Shown here: piece after piece, positions 1 through 11,427 of the stretch
Layout of the letters: each line of letters opens with the position of its first letter
How positions within the stretch are numbered: position 1 is the first letter of the stretch
Origin: an uncultured Actinomycetota bacterium
GTDB taxonomy: Bacteria > Actinomycetota > Actinomycetes > Streptomycetales > Streptomycetaceae
Reading direction: 5' to 3'
Length of the DNA: 64,000 nt
Assembly: GCA_963820715.1 (NCBI GenBank)
Contig: CAWGAU010000004.1
Coordinates: forward strand, 385,773 to 449,772
Notes under the pieces: generated by a model
The model's database searches: none
What the model saw: only the letters and a program-made list of their open reading frames with translations
Told to the model about the DNA's origin: nothing
Made by a program: the position numbers and the translations under genes

Positions 1-1306
<1,306 letters not shown>

Positions 1307-1429
1307 GGCTTGCTGCCTCTCGTTGCGGATGGAAACGCCAGGATCCGGACGGACCGTGCGGCCGCGTGCCGATCGGACCCGGCGTGCCCGGTCCGGCGGA
1401 CCGGGACGCGGGTCGCGGCTGTCGGGCTG

Positions 1430-2280
1430 TCAGGCCTCGTCGGGAAGCGGGGTGCGCCCGGGGGGCTCGGGTGCGGCATCGGGCAGGAAGCGGCCGACGA
1501 AGAGCTTGTACACGACACCGCCGACCAGACCGCCGACCAGCGGGCCGACGATGGGCACCCAGAAGTAGAGGTTGCCCCATTGGTCCCGCCAGGCCGTCTC
1601 GGTAGCCGGTGATGAAGCTGGCCAGCCGGGGGCCGAAGTCACGCGCCGGGTTGATCGCGTACCCGGCGTCCGTGCCGCACGCCATGCCGATCGCGACCAC
1701 GACCAGGCCGATGATGAACGGCCCGAGGTTGGCCCGGGGCGGGTTGTTGAGCATGTCGGTGAGCGCCAGGATCAGGATCAGCAGGATCGCGGTGCCGATG
1801 ACCTGGTCGCGGAAGGCGCCCCACTCGTGCACGCCGGCGGCCACGTTGCCGTTGCCGGGCAGGGTGGAGAAGACGATCTGGGTCTTGATGGTGTGGCCCG
1901 GGGTCGACCCTGGCCAGCACCTCGGTGTAGTTCCAGCGCACCAGCAGGGCCGCCACGAAGGCGCCGGCGGTCTGGGCGACGACGTACGGGGCGACCTTCT
2001 GCCAGGGGAAGCCCTTGAAGGCCGCCAGGGTGACGGTCACGGCCGGGTTGAGGTGGGCGCCGCTGAGCCGGGCGGCCAGGTAGACGCCCAGGGTGACGCC
2101 CAGGCCCCAGGCCCAGGCGATGCTGTCGTGGTTGCCGAGTCCGCCCGGCGGGTTGGTCAGAGCGCCGCCCGCGACCACCTGAGCCACCACGCCGACGCCG
2201 AAGAGGATCAGGATCATCGTCCCGGCGAATTCCGCTGACAGTTCGCCGATGAGTCCCGAGCCGCGTGCGCTTTTCGCCAT
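1430..2280 (-). CDS. glpF: glycerol uptake facilitator (MIP/aquaporin family), two frameshifts (~1640, ~1845)
   Basis: Three minus-strand frames carry consecutive GlpF segments. N-terminal: MAKSARGSGLIGELSAEFAGTMILILFGVG...SGAHLNPAVT. Middle: ...GYAINPARDFGPRL. C-terminal: ...NLYFWVPIVGPLVGG. It sits immediately upstream of glpK, the classic arrangement. Confidence 0.85.
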
Positions 2281-2853
2281 GGAATGCCTACTTCCTGCCG
2301 GTCGTACGACGGCCGCGTCGGAGCCCGGTGACCGTCGTGGTCCTTCACTGGAGGTGATTCTTCCTCCACACACGGAAGCACGCCTCGCGGAAAGTGGCGC
2401 CCGACGATGCGCCGTTCGGACGAAACCGGGCTTGCGGAGCGCCGGCCGGCCCGCGGGCCGCGGCGAACCGGTTCAGGCGGCCCGGCAGAGCCCGGACCGC
2501 ATCGGGCAAACGGGGCGGACCGGGCGGCATCGGGCAGGCCGGGCGGGCGCCGGCGCACGACGGTCGCGCACCGTGTCCCGGGTCTCCTCGGCCACCGGAT
2601 CGGCGTCGACCGCCGCTCCGGCCCGGCCGCGGACGGCCCGCGGCTCGCCTGGCGGGACGCCCTCGCGGCGCGGGCGGACGTGCCGCCGTCGGCGGGCGGC
2701 GCGGCACCCGGCGCCGACCGGCGGGACCGAACGCCGGGTGCCGGGCGGCGCCGCGCCTTGCCGCCCGCCGCCACGACCGGGTCCTCGCTGTCTCGTCGTC
2801 CATGACCTGTACCTCCCTCGCACCGGGAGACGACGACGGCCAGGTGCCGCCGC

Positions 2854-2890
2854 TTGACAAAGCGTTGTTGCCGAAACGGCAAATGGAACC
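2854..2890 (+). promoter_or_regulatory. candidate promoter (TTGACA at 2854-2859) with palindrome TTGCCGAAACGGCAA (2868-2882) abutting the start codon; possible leaderless transcript of the XRE regulator
   Basis: TTGACA -35-like hexamer lies 31 nt before the ATG at 2891. No Shine-Dalgarno sequence is present. A 6-bp-arm inverted repeat with a 3-nt spacer lies between them. Confidence 0.4.
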
Positions 2891-3489
2891 ATGGCCGAAC
2901 TCCACGAAGTCCTGACCGCCGTGGGCCCGCGGCTGCGCTCGCTGCGCCACGCCCGCGACACCACGCTCGCCCAGCTCGCCGAGGAGACCGGCATCTCGCT
3001 GAGCACCCTGTCGCGTCTGGAGTCGGGGCAGCGCAAACCGACCCTGGAGCTGCTGCTGCCGCTGGCGAAGGCGTACGGCGTCCCGCTCGACGAACTGGTC
3101 GGCGCCCCGGCCACCGGCGACCCCCGCATCCACCCGCGGCCCTTCACCCGGCACGGCCAGACGTTCATCCCGCTCACCCGCTACCTCGGCGGGCTGCACG
3201 CGTACAAGCAGATCCTCCCCGCGGTCCCGGACCGCCGACGAGCCCCGGCGAGCGCCCCGCCCAGCGCACGCACGAGGGGTACGAGTGGCTGTACGTGCTC
3301 TCCGGACGGCTACGGCTGGCGCTCGGCGACCGCGACCTCGTCCTGGGGGCCGGCGAGGCGGCCGAGTTCGACACGCGCACGCCGCACGGCTTCGCGAACG
3401 CGGGCGACCGCCCGGTGGAGTTCCTCGCCCTGTTCGGGCCGCAGGGGGAGCGCGTCCACCTGCGGGCCCGCGCGGGGCCCACCGGCTGA
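2891..3489 (+). CDS. XRE-family HTH transcriptional regulator with C-terminal cupin domain; one frameshift ~3235
   Basis: HTH_3: LRSLRHARDTTLAQLAEETGISLSTLSRLESGQRKPTLELLLPLAKAYGVPLDELV. The cupin continues in a second frame: YEWLYVLSGRLRLALGDRDLVLGAGEAAEFDTRTPHGFANAGDRPVEFLALFG. Confidence 0.8.
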
Positions 3490-3499
3490 CGGGAGTCCG

Positions 3500-5189
3500 T
3501 CAGTCCCCGGTGGCCGTCGGTCCGTTGGCCGGCGGCGGCCCCAGCGCCCCGTTCGTCAGGCCCTCGCGGGCCAGTGCGGCGGTCCGCGCCGCGAGGTCGG
3601 CCACCTCGCGCGACCCGCGTCCTCCAGCTCGCTGGAGCGCGCGGAACGCGCCGCCGTAGCGCCGCTGTTCGCCGAGGTCCATCTGCGGGACGCGCGCCCC
3701 GCGCGCGTCCAGCCGGAGGACGCCGCTGCCGGTCGCCGACCGCCGCTGTTCGACCGGACCGAGCAGGAAGCCGCGCAGGAAGTCGGTGTCGAGCCGGTCG
3801 CTGGTCGACACCAGGGCGCCGTCGGCGAACTCCACCAGGCCCGCCCGCGCCAGATCCGCCACGCCCACCGACGCGCTGTCCAGCGTGCCGGGCCCCGCGC
3901 CCGCGGCCAGGACCGGCAGCAGCGGTCCGCAGGGCGGTCAGGCGTCGACTCCAACTCGGCCCGCAGCGCTTCGTATTCGGCCGCGTAGTCCCGGTCGGCG
4001 CCGGTGAGACGTGGGTGGCCGGGGTCAGGTCGACCGTGTCGTCCAGCAGGTCGATCAGCGGCACCTCGGCCACCTGCGACGGGTCCGGATCGAGCGCGCC
4101 GTCGGGGGAGTTGCCCGTCAGGTCGACCATCCGCACGCACCGCGCGCCCTCGCGCACCGGCCGCAGCAGGAACCACAGATGGACCGGCAGCACGTGGCTG
4201 CCCGCCACCCCCGGCGGCAGCGCCACGACCTGGGTCAGGATGCCGCGCCTGACCAGCTCGGCCCGTATCCGGCGTCCCGCCTTGCGGTACGCCACGGACG
4301 CGGGCAGCACCAGCACCGCACGGCCGCCGGGCGCGGTGTGCGCGTACGCGTGCTGGAGCCAGGCGAGTTCGCTCTCGGCCCGCGAGGGGACGCCCAGCTC
4401 CCAGCGGGTGTCCAGGAGCAGGTCCTCCCGGCCCCAGTCAGGCACGGCCACCGGCGGGTCGCAGACGACCAGATCGGCTCTGAGCTGCGGCCAGCCGTCC
4501 TCGCGCAGGGCGTCGCCGCTGCGGATGTCGGCCCCGGCGCGGCCGGTCAGCCCGGCCCGCAGCCGGGCGAACTCCGCCATCGCCGGGTCGATCTCCTGCC
4601 CGTGCCTGACCGGCCCCGACGCCGGGCCGACCGACAGCAGCAGGGTGCCGATCCCGCAGGCCGGGTCGAGGACGGCCGCGTCCTTCGGCACGTCACCGGT
4701 GAAGTGCCGCACCGCCTCCACGATCCGCGCGGAGGTGATCTGGTCCGAGCCCGAGCGGCGGGAGGCCTCCGCGAAGCGCTCGGTCAGGCGGTCGATCAGC
4801 TCGGCGGCGGAGCCGGTGGCCGCGACCTCGGCCGTCCGCCGGGCGAGGTCCGCGCCCAGCCCCGGCGGCGGCCGCCCGTCGGTGAGCTGCCGCGCGACGG
4901 CCGCCAGCCCGCGCACGAGGTCGTCGCCGTACACCCCGCGCAGCAGTTGCCACAGCTCGGTCTCGCCGGAGGTCTCCCGGCCCTTGTGCTCGCGGGCGAG
5001 CCAGTCGCGCACCTCGGCGAGCCGGAAGAGCGGGCTGCTCGGACCGCCGCCGGCCGGTGCGGGGAAGTCGTCGTGGCGGCGCCGCCAGTTGGAGACGGCG
5101 GCTCGCGTCACCCCGGCCATCCGGGCGATCTCGGCGCCTGTGACCAGCGGATCAGCGGCTGAGCGGGCCTGGGCACTCATGGTCGTCAC
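3500..5189 (-). CDS. N6-adenine DNA methyltransferase with N-terminal MerR/excisionase-type HTH; two frameshifts (~3900, ~3990)
   Basis: N-terminal HTH: MTTMSAQARSAADPLVTGAEIARMAGVTRAAVSNWRRRHDDFPAP. SAM motif I: VLDPACGIGTLLL. Motif IV-like: LVVCDPPVAVPDW. The C-terminal ~230 aa is recovered from two other frames (...RLTGADRDYAAEYEALRAELE... then ...PLLPVLAAGAGPGTLDSASVGVADLARAGLVEFADGALVSTSDRLDTDFLRGFLLGPVEQRR...). No restriction endonuclease gene is adjacent. Confidence 0.75.
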
Positions 5190-5353
5190 CGTACACGGCC
5201 GGGCCGTGTCCCTCCAGGGTCGTGTGTGTTGGCGGCGTACACAGACGGGGAATTAGGGGTGTCGATTGTGTACGAGCTGTCCGGTTACGGACACGGGGTC
5301 CCCCACCGTCGGAAGACGGGAAAGAGCGCCCTCCGGTTCGGCCCGCGCCGAAT

Positions 5354-5369
5354 CGGAGAGCGCTCTCCG
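5354..5369. promoter_or_regulatory. perfect 16-bp palindrome CGGAGAGCGCTCTCCG (copy 1)
   Basis: It lies 46 bp downstream of the GH3 stop and 165 bp upstream of the methyltransferase start. An identical copy is at 9095-9110. Confidence 0.5.
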
Positions 5370-5405
5370 GTCATTCCGTTCCCTGCCGGCGGTGCGGCGG
5401 CAGGA

Positions 5406-8400
5406 TCAGTTCCAGCCGGTCAGCCCCGCTCCGTAGGGGTACAGCGGGTTGCCGTACGTGGTCGGCACCGTCTGGCCGGCGTCGATCTTCGCCCGGATGT
5501 CCGCCCGCTCGGCGGCGGTGGCGCCCAGGTCGTACGGCAGGTCCCAGTCCTCGTTCGCGTCGGCCAGGGTGTCGCCGCCGCCCGGCTTGAGGACCTGGTC
5601 CAGGCTGCGCGGCAGCTGCCAGGGCAGCTTGCCGCGCGGGGTGTAGTCGCCGAAGAGCAGGCTGGCGGTGGCCGGGCCCGACCTCCTCGCCGCCGCGGTA
5701 GGTCACCACGATGGCGTCGGCGAGGTTGTTCCAGTCGCTGATCACGATCGGGCGGGGCAGCGTCAGCACGCACCACCACCGGGATCCCCTGGTTCTTGAA
5801 GTTCTGGATGATGGCGAGCTGGTCGGCCGGCAGGTACGGCTGGGTGTCCGGCCAGGCGGTGGCGTGGGTGTACGACGGCTCGCCGACCGCGACGATCGCC
5901 AGCTTCGGCGATCGGGCCGGTGTCCTGGTAGACGTTGACCCCGGCGGTCGCGGCTCTCGCCTTGATCGCGTCGAGCATGTCCAGCGAACCGTAGTCCGGG
6001 TGGAAGTAGCTGGACCAGATGCAGCACGACGCGCCGTCGGTGGCCCGCGGGCCCGGCGACCACGATGTTGTCGCCCGCGTTCAGCTTGCACCGGCAGCAC
6101 GCCGTCGTTCTTCAGCAGCGTGTGCGACTCGCGCGCCGCCTGGTTGGCCAGCTGCGACGTAGCTCGGGCTGGTGGAACCGGTACGGGCCGTTGACCGGGT
6201 CGCCGTACGGGTGGTCGAAGACGCCCAGTTCGAACTTCAGCTTCAGGATCCGGGTCACCGCGTCGTTGATCCGGGCCAGCGGCACCTGCTGCTCGAAGCT
6301 CGCCATGGTGAAGCCGGTCGCGCCCGGGTCGGCGCCGCCCATCACGTCCGAGCCGGCGTTCGCCGCGTTGATCCACGGCGACCGGACGGCAGCCAGTCGG
6401 TGGTGATCAGACCGGTGTAGCCCAGGTTCTGCCGCAGGTAGGTGAGGATCTTCGCGCTGTCGCCCGCGCCGGGACCGCCCGGGTCCAGGTACGAGCTGCC
6501 CGCGTAGCCCGGCATGATGTTGACCGCGCCGGCCTCCATCGCCGCCTGGAACGGGATCATGTGGTACTTGATGGTGACCCCGTCGTAGACGATCCCGGCC
6601 TCGCCGCCGGCGCCCTCGCCCGGCCAGTGCTTGACGGTGGCCAGCACCGAGCCCGGGTTCAGCTCCGGACCGCCCTGCAGCCCGGCGACCAGCGCCCGCA
6701 GCTGGGCCGCCGCCACGTCGGCGTTCTCGCCGCCGCCCTCCTGGATGCGCGGGTAGAGCACCTTGGTGCCGACCTCGGCGAGCGGCGACGAGCGTGCCGC
6801 GCGCGCCGACCTCGAGCTCCTCCTTGCGCTGCATGTTGCCGAGCTGGTAGTCCAGCGGGTAGTCCTTGCCCGCCGCCAGCGTGCTCTGCAGCGGGTAGGT
6901 GGTCTGGTAGCCGGCCGTGGTGTCGCCGGCGGAGACCGGCGGGATGCCGAGCCGGGTGCCGCCGTGGACGAGCAGCACGTTGTTGAGGTCGGCGGGCTGC
7001 GCGGGACCGAAGTGCCAGCCCGGACATCGGGTACGCCTGGACGTTGTAGAACATCTGGTACGCCTTCTCCTCCAGCGTCATCCGGCCGAGCAGGTCGGTG
7101 ACCCGGGTGTCGACCGGCTAGCCGCCAGTCCTCGTACGGCTCGATCGTGCCGTCCTTGTTCAGGTCGCGGGCGCCGTTGATGACGTTGACGCCGTCGTCG
7201 ACCGTGCTCGATGTCCGGCAGGTACACGCTGAACGTGCGGATGTTCGAGGTGGTCCGTCGCCCCGGAGCCGGTCACCGCGACCACGTACCACTTGTACGT
7301 CCACCGGTCGGTGATGTCCCAGCTCGGCGTGTAGCTGGTGCCGGTCGGCTCGGCGACCTTGGTGTACAGGTCGAGCAGGTTGCCCGGAGGCGGTGAAGTC
7401 GTAGTCGGTGCGGCTGATGTTGATCCAGACCTCGTAGTGCGCGGCGCCCGGCGACGGCCGCCCAGGACAGCGCCGGCCGCGGGTGTTGGTGACCATCGCC
7501 TGGTCGGCCGGGCGCGGACAGCGCGAACTGCCCGGTGGTGGCCGGGGCCTTGGTCGGCCCGGACAGCAGCGGCGGGGTGGCGGTGGAGGTGTCGACCGTG
7601 CCGTAGACCTGGAACTCCCACAGCGAGTAGCCGTATCCGGTGGCGCGGGCGGTGCCGGTACAGCCGCACGTAGCGGCCGGTGCCGGTGACCGGCAGCGTC
7701 TCGACGCCGCCCTTGCCGGTGGTGGTGGTGTAGATCGGCGTCCAGGCGGTGCCGTTGTCGGACACGTCGATGTGGTACCCGGTGCCGTACGCGGACTCCC
7801 AGTTCAGCACGATGCCGCTGATCGTGCCGATGCCGCCGAGGTCGACCTGGAGCCACTGCGCGTCGGTGTACAGGCTCGACCAGCGGGTGGTGGTCCGGCC
7901 GTCGAGCGCGGCGGCCGGGGCGTTGCCGCCCTCGTACGAGGACGCGGAGACCTGCTTGAACGCGGAGATGACGGTACCGGAGAAGTCGCCGCCGCTCGCC
8001 GCCGGTGCCGCCGGTGGTGCCGCCGTCGTGCCGCCGGCCGGTGGTGCGCGCCGCCGGTGTGGACCTGCGAACTCCCACAGCGAGTAGCCGTATCCGGTGG
8101 CGCGGGCCGTGCCGTACATCCGCACGTACCGGCCGGTGCCGCTGACGTCGAGCGTCTGGGTGCCGCCGGTGCCGGTGGTGGTGGAGTAGATCGACGGTCC
8201 AGGTCTGCGGCGTCGCCGGAGACCTGGATCTGGAAGGCCGTCGCGTACGCGGACTCCCAGTTGAGGACGACCTGGCAGATCGGACGCCGAGGCGCCGAGG
8301 TCGACCTGGAGCCACTGCGGGTCGGTGGCCGCGCTCGACCAGCGGGTGCCGGCGTTGCCGTCGACCGCGGCCGAGGCCGGGGTGCCGGCGTTCTCGGTGG

Positions 8401-8985
8401 AGGAGGCGGTCGCCGGCCGGTCCTGAGCGCCGCGTTCGTGCGTGCCGCAGCCGGCCGCCGGCGGCGCCGGCCGTGCCGTAGACCTGGAACTCCCACAGGG
8501 AGTAGCCGTAGCCGGTGGCGCGGGCGGTGCCGTACATCCGGACATAGCGCCCGGAACCGTTTACGGTGAGCGTCTGCATGCCGCCGGTGCCGGTGGTGGT
8601 GGAGTAGATCGTCGGTCCAGGTCTGCGCGTCGTCGGAGACCTGGATCTGGAACGCCGTGCGCGTACGCGGTCTCCCAGTTGAGCGACCACCGAGCGTGAC
8701 GGTGGCCGTGGCGCCGAGGTCGACCTGGAGCCACTGCGGGTCGGCGACGGCGCTCGACCAGCGGGTGCCGGTGTCGCCGTCGACCGCGGCCGAGGCGGGC
8801 GTGCCGGCGTTCTCGGTCGACGAGGCGGTGGCCGGCTTGCCCTGGGAGAGCAGGGTGCCGGCGGCGTGCGCGGTGCCGGTCGTGGTGCCGACCAGGCCGC
8901 CGAGGGCGAGGGCCATCGCGGCGGCCGCGGCGACGGCCGGTCTGCGCCGTCTGATGAAGCCGAGGAGCGGAGACAGCAGGCTCAT
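5406..8985 (-). CDS. secreted multidomain glycoside hydrolase: signal peptide + 3x F5/8 type C (discoidin/CBM32) + GH3 catalytic domains; many frameshifts
   Basis: Start: RBS GGAG then ATG giving MSLLSPLLGFIRRRRPAVAAAAAMALALGGLVGTTTGTAHAAG. Three discoidin repeats (ASSTENAGTPASAAVDG.TGTRWSS...DPQWLQVDLGA). GH3 motifs: MTLEEKAYQMFYNVQAYPMSG, KHWPGEGAGG, GLITTDW, WINAANAGSDVMGGADP, KLAIVAVGEPSYTHA. Reconstructed C-terminus: ...LLFGDYTPRGKLPWQLP...GAGLTGWN stop at 5406-5408. Confidence 0.85.
7560..8880. repeat. three tandem ~430-450-bp nucleotide repeats encoding the discoidin domains
   Basis: The block gaactcccacagcgagtagccgtatccggtggcgcgggc recurs at ~7617, ~8068 and ~8490 (third copy gaactcccacagggagtagccgtagccggtggcgcgggcgg). 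Confidence 0.7.
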
Positions 8986-9094
8986 GGGCATCTCCTGGTG
9001 TGATGTCTGGTGCCGTCGCGGCTCGTCGCCCGGCCGGGCGGCCCCGCCGCTGAGGCTGGGGGGTGACTCGGACTCACAGGACCGGAAATCCGGT

Positions 9095-9110
9095 CGGAGA
9101 GCGCTCTCCG
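9095..9110. promoter_or_regulatory. perfect 16-bp palindrome CGGAGAGCGCTCTCCG (copy 2) in the divergent GH3/araB promoter region
   Basis: It is 110 bp upstream of the GH3 start (8985, minus strand) and 267 bp upstream of the araB start. It is flanked by the imperfect palindrome ACCGGAAATCCGGT. Confidence 0.5.
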
Positions 9111-9376
9111 AGGGGAGTCTGTGGGAGGGCCCGAGCACTGTCAACCCTTGCGGCGCGGGCCGCTTACCTGGCCACCTTGCCCGCTTCGGGGCCGCTCACG
9201 GCCTATCGTGCCCAGGTGCGGCGCGGCACGCCGCCCGTAGGGTGAACGCACAGTGACATCAGGGCGACCGCACAGTGCGCGCACAGCGGACCTACAGGCG
9301 CACCGTGCCGCCGCCCCACAGGTGTCCCTACAGGTTCCGTACCGGCCGCGGGCCGGAGATTCGGGAGTACGCCGAC

Positions 9377-11044
9377 GTGACCACCTCACCGCCCGCCGTC
9401 ACCGTGGGTGTCGACTTCGGGACGCTGTCCGGGCGCGCCGTCGTCGTCGCCGTGGCGGACGGCACCGAACTCGGCACCGCCGTCACCGACTACCGGCACG
9501 GCGTGGTGATCACGAACTCCCGGGCGACCGGCCGTGTGCCGCCGGACTGGGCGCTCCAGATCCCCGGCGACTGGCGCGAGGTGCTCACCGACGCGGTGCC
9601 CAGGGCGCTCGCGGCGGCCGGCGTACGGCCCCGGCCAGGTCCTCGGCATCGGCACCGACTTCACGTCCTGCACGGTGCTGCCGACCACCGCGGACGGAGT
9701 GCCGCTGTGCGAGCTGCCGCGAGTTCGCCGGACCGCCCGCACGCGTACCCCAAGCTGTGGCGGCACCACGCCGCGCAGCCCGAGGCCGACCTGATCGTGC
9801 GACCGGGCCGAGGAGTCCGGGCAGACCTGGCTGGCGGCCTACGGGGGCAAGGTCTCCAGCGAGTGGCAGCACCCCAAGGCGCTCCAGGTGCTCCGCGAGG
9901 ACCCGGAGGTCTACGCCGCCGCCGACCGCTGGATCGAGGCCGCCGACTGGATCGTGTGGCAGCTGACCGGCGCGGAGAACCGCACCCTGAGCACCGCCGG
10001 GTACAAGGGCCTGTACCAGCGGGGCAGCCACCCGGACGCCGGCCTTTCTCGGCTCCCTCCACCCGGACTTCGCCGGCTTCACCGCCAAGGTCGACCACCC
10101 GCTGTCCCGGCCCGGCACGCAGGCGGGCGTGCTGACCGCCGCGGGCGGCCGCGGCCACCGGGCTCCCGCAGGGGCTGCCCGTCGCCGTCGGCCACATCGA
10201 CGCGCACGTCACGGCCGCGGCGGCGCAGACCCTCGACCCCGGCCGGCTGCTGGCCATCATGGGCACCTCGACCTGCCTGATCGTCAACTCCGCGACCCAG
10301 GCGGACGTCCCCGGCATGTGCGGCGCCGTCCTCGACGGTGTCGTGCCCGGCCTGTGGGGATACGAGGCCGGGCAGAGCGGGGTCGGCGACATCTTCGCCT
10401 GGGCCGCCCGCACCGCCGTGCCCGAGGAGTACGCGCAGCGGGCCCGCGCCCGCGGCGTCGGCGTGCACGAACTCCTCACCGAGCTGGCCGCGGCCCAACC
10501 GGTGGGCGGGCACGGCCTGCTGGCCCTGGACTGGCACAGCGGCAACCGCTCCGTGCTGGTCGACCACCACCTGTCCGGCCTGCTCGTCGGCCTCACCCTC
10601 GACACCCGGCCCGAGGACATCTACCGCGCCCTGATCGAGGCCACCGCCTTCGGCACCCGCACGATCGTCGCCGCCTACGAGGACGCCGGGGTCGCCGTCA
10701 CCGAGGTCACGGCGGCGGGCGGCCTGCTGAAGAACCGCTTCCTGATGCAGACCTACAGCGACGTGCTGAACCGGCCGATCAACGTCATCGCCTCCGAGCA
10801 GGGGCCCGCCCTCGGCGCCGCCATCCACGCGGCCGTCGCCGCGGGCGCCCACCCGGACCTGCGCACCGCCTCGGCCGCGATGGGCCGCGTCCACCCCGCG
10901 GTGTACACGCCCGACCGGGCCCGGGCCGCCGCCTACGACGAGCTGTACGCCGAATACCAGGTCCTGCACGACCACTTCGGCCGCGGCGCCACCGATGTGA
11001 TGCACCGCCTGCGCGCCCTGCGCCGCCGCTCGACCGCGCGCTGA
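9377..11044 (+). CDS. araB: L-ribulokinase (FGGY family); frameshifted in the middle
   Basis: VTVGVDFGTLSGRAVVVAVADGTELG matches the AraB N-terminus. C-terminal segment: GTSTCLIV...LDWHSGNRSVLVDHHLSGLLVGLTLDTRPEDIYRALIEATAFGTRTIVAAYEDAGV...YSDVLNRPINVIASEQGPALGAAIHAAVAAG matches AraB. Confidence 0.85.
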
Positions 11045-11427
11045 GCCCCGCGCGGGCCGGCCCCCGCCCGCCGCCGGAGCGAGGGCCGGCCCGCGTCCGC
11101 CGCGGCCCTCCTCCGGCGGGTCCGGCCTGCTCATCGGCCCTGCGCTCGCCCCGCCGGTCCGCCCGTTCGCCGCCGTGCGTCCGCGCAACCGCCCCGCGCC
11201 GGCGCCCCGTTGATTGCCTGCTGCACGGGCCTTGTCAAAGCCGCGTCACGGCTCTTACGGTGTGGCCGCGAAAGAAAATGCTCGACTCTGTTTCATTACG
11301 TTGAATTGGCGTGCTGCGGGCCGTCGTCAGCCGGATCGATCGGCACAATTACGCACGCCTCATGGACCGACCTCGTCGCCGGTCCTGTTCTGTTCGGTTC
11401 TCCGACACCGCGAGCAGAGGAACCTCC

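Noticed and set aside
5354-5369. The 16-bp palindrome at 5354 as a simple rho-independent terminator of the GH3 gene
   Set aside because: Possible, but a 6-bp stem with a 4-nt loop is weak for a GC-rich terminator. An identical copy sits in a promoter region at 9095, favouring a protein-binding site or REP-like element. It is kept as regulatory with moderate confidence.
7160-9144. Separate large minus-strand ORFs (7160-8545, 7804-9144, 6342-8690) as independent genes
   Set aside because: They are three frames of one GH3/CBM32 gene broken by frameshifts. Each carries a different discoidin repeat and they overlap extensively.
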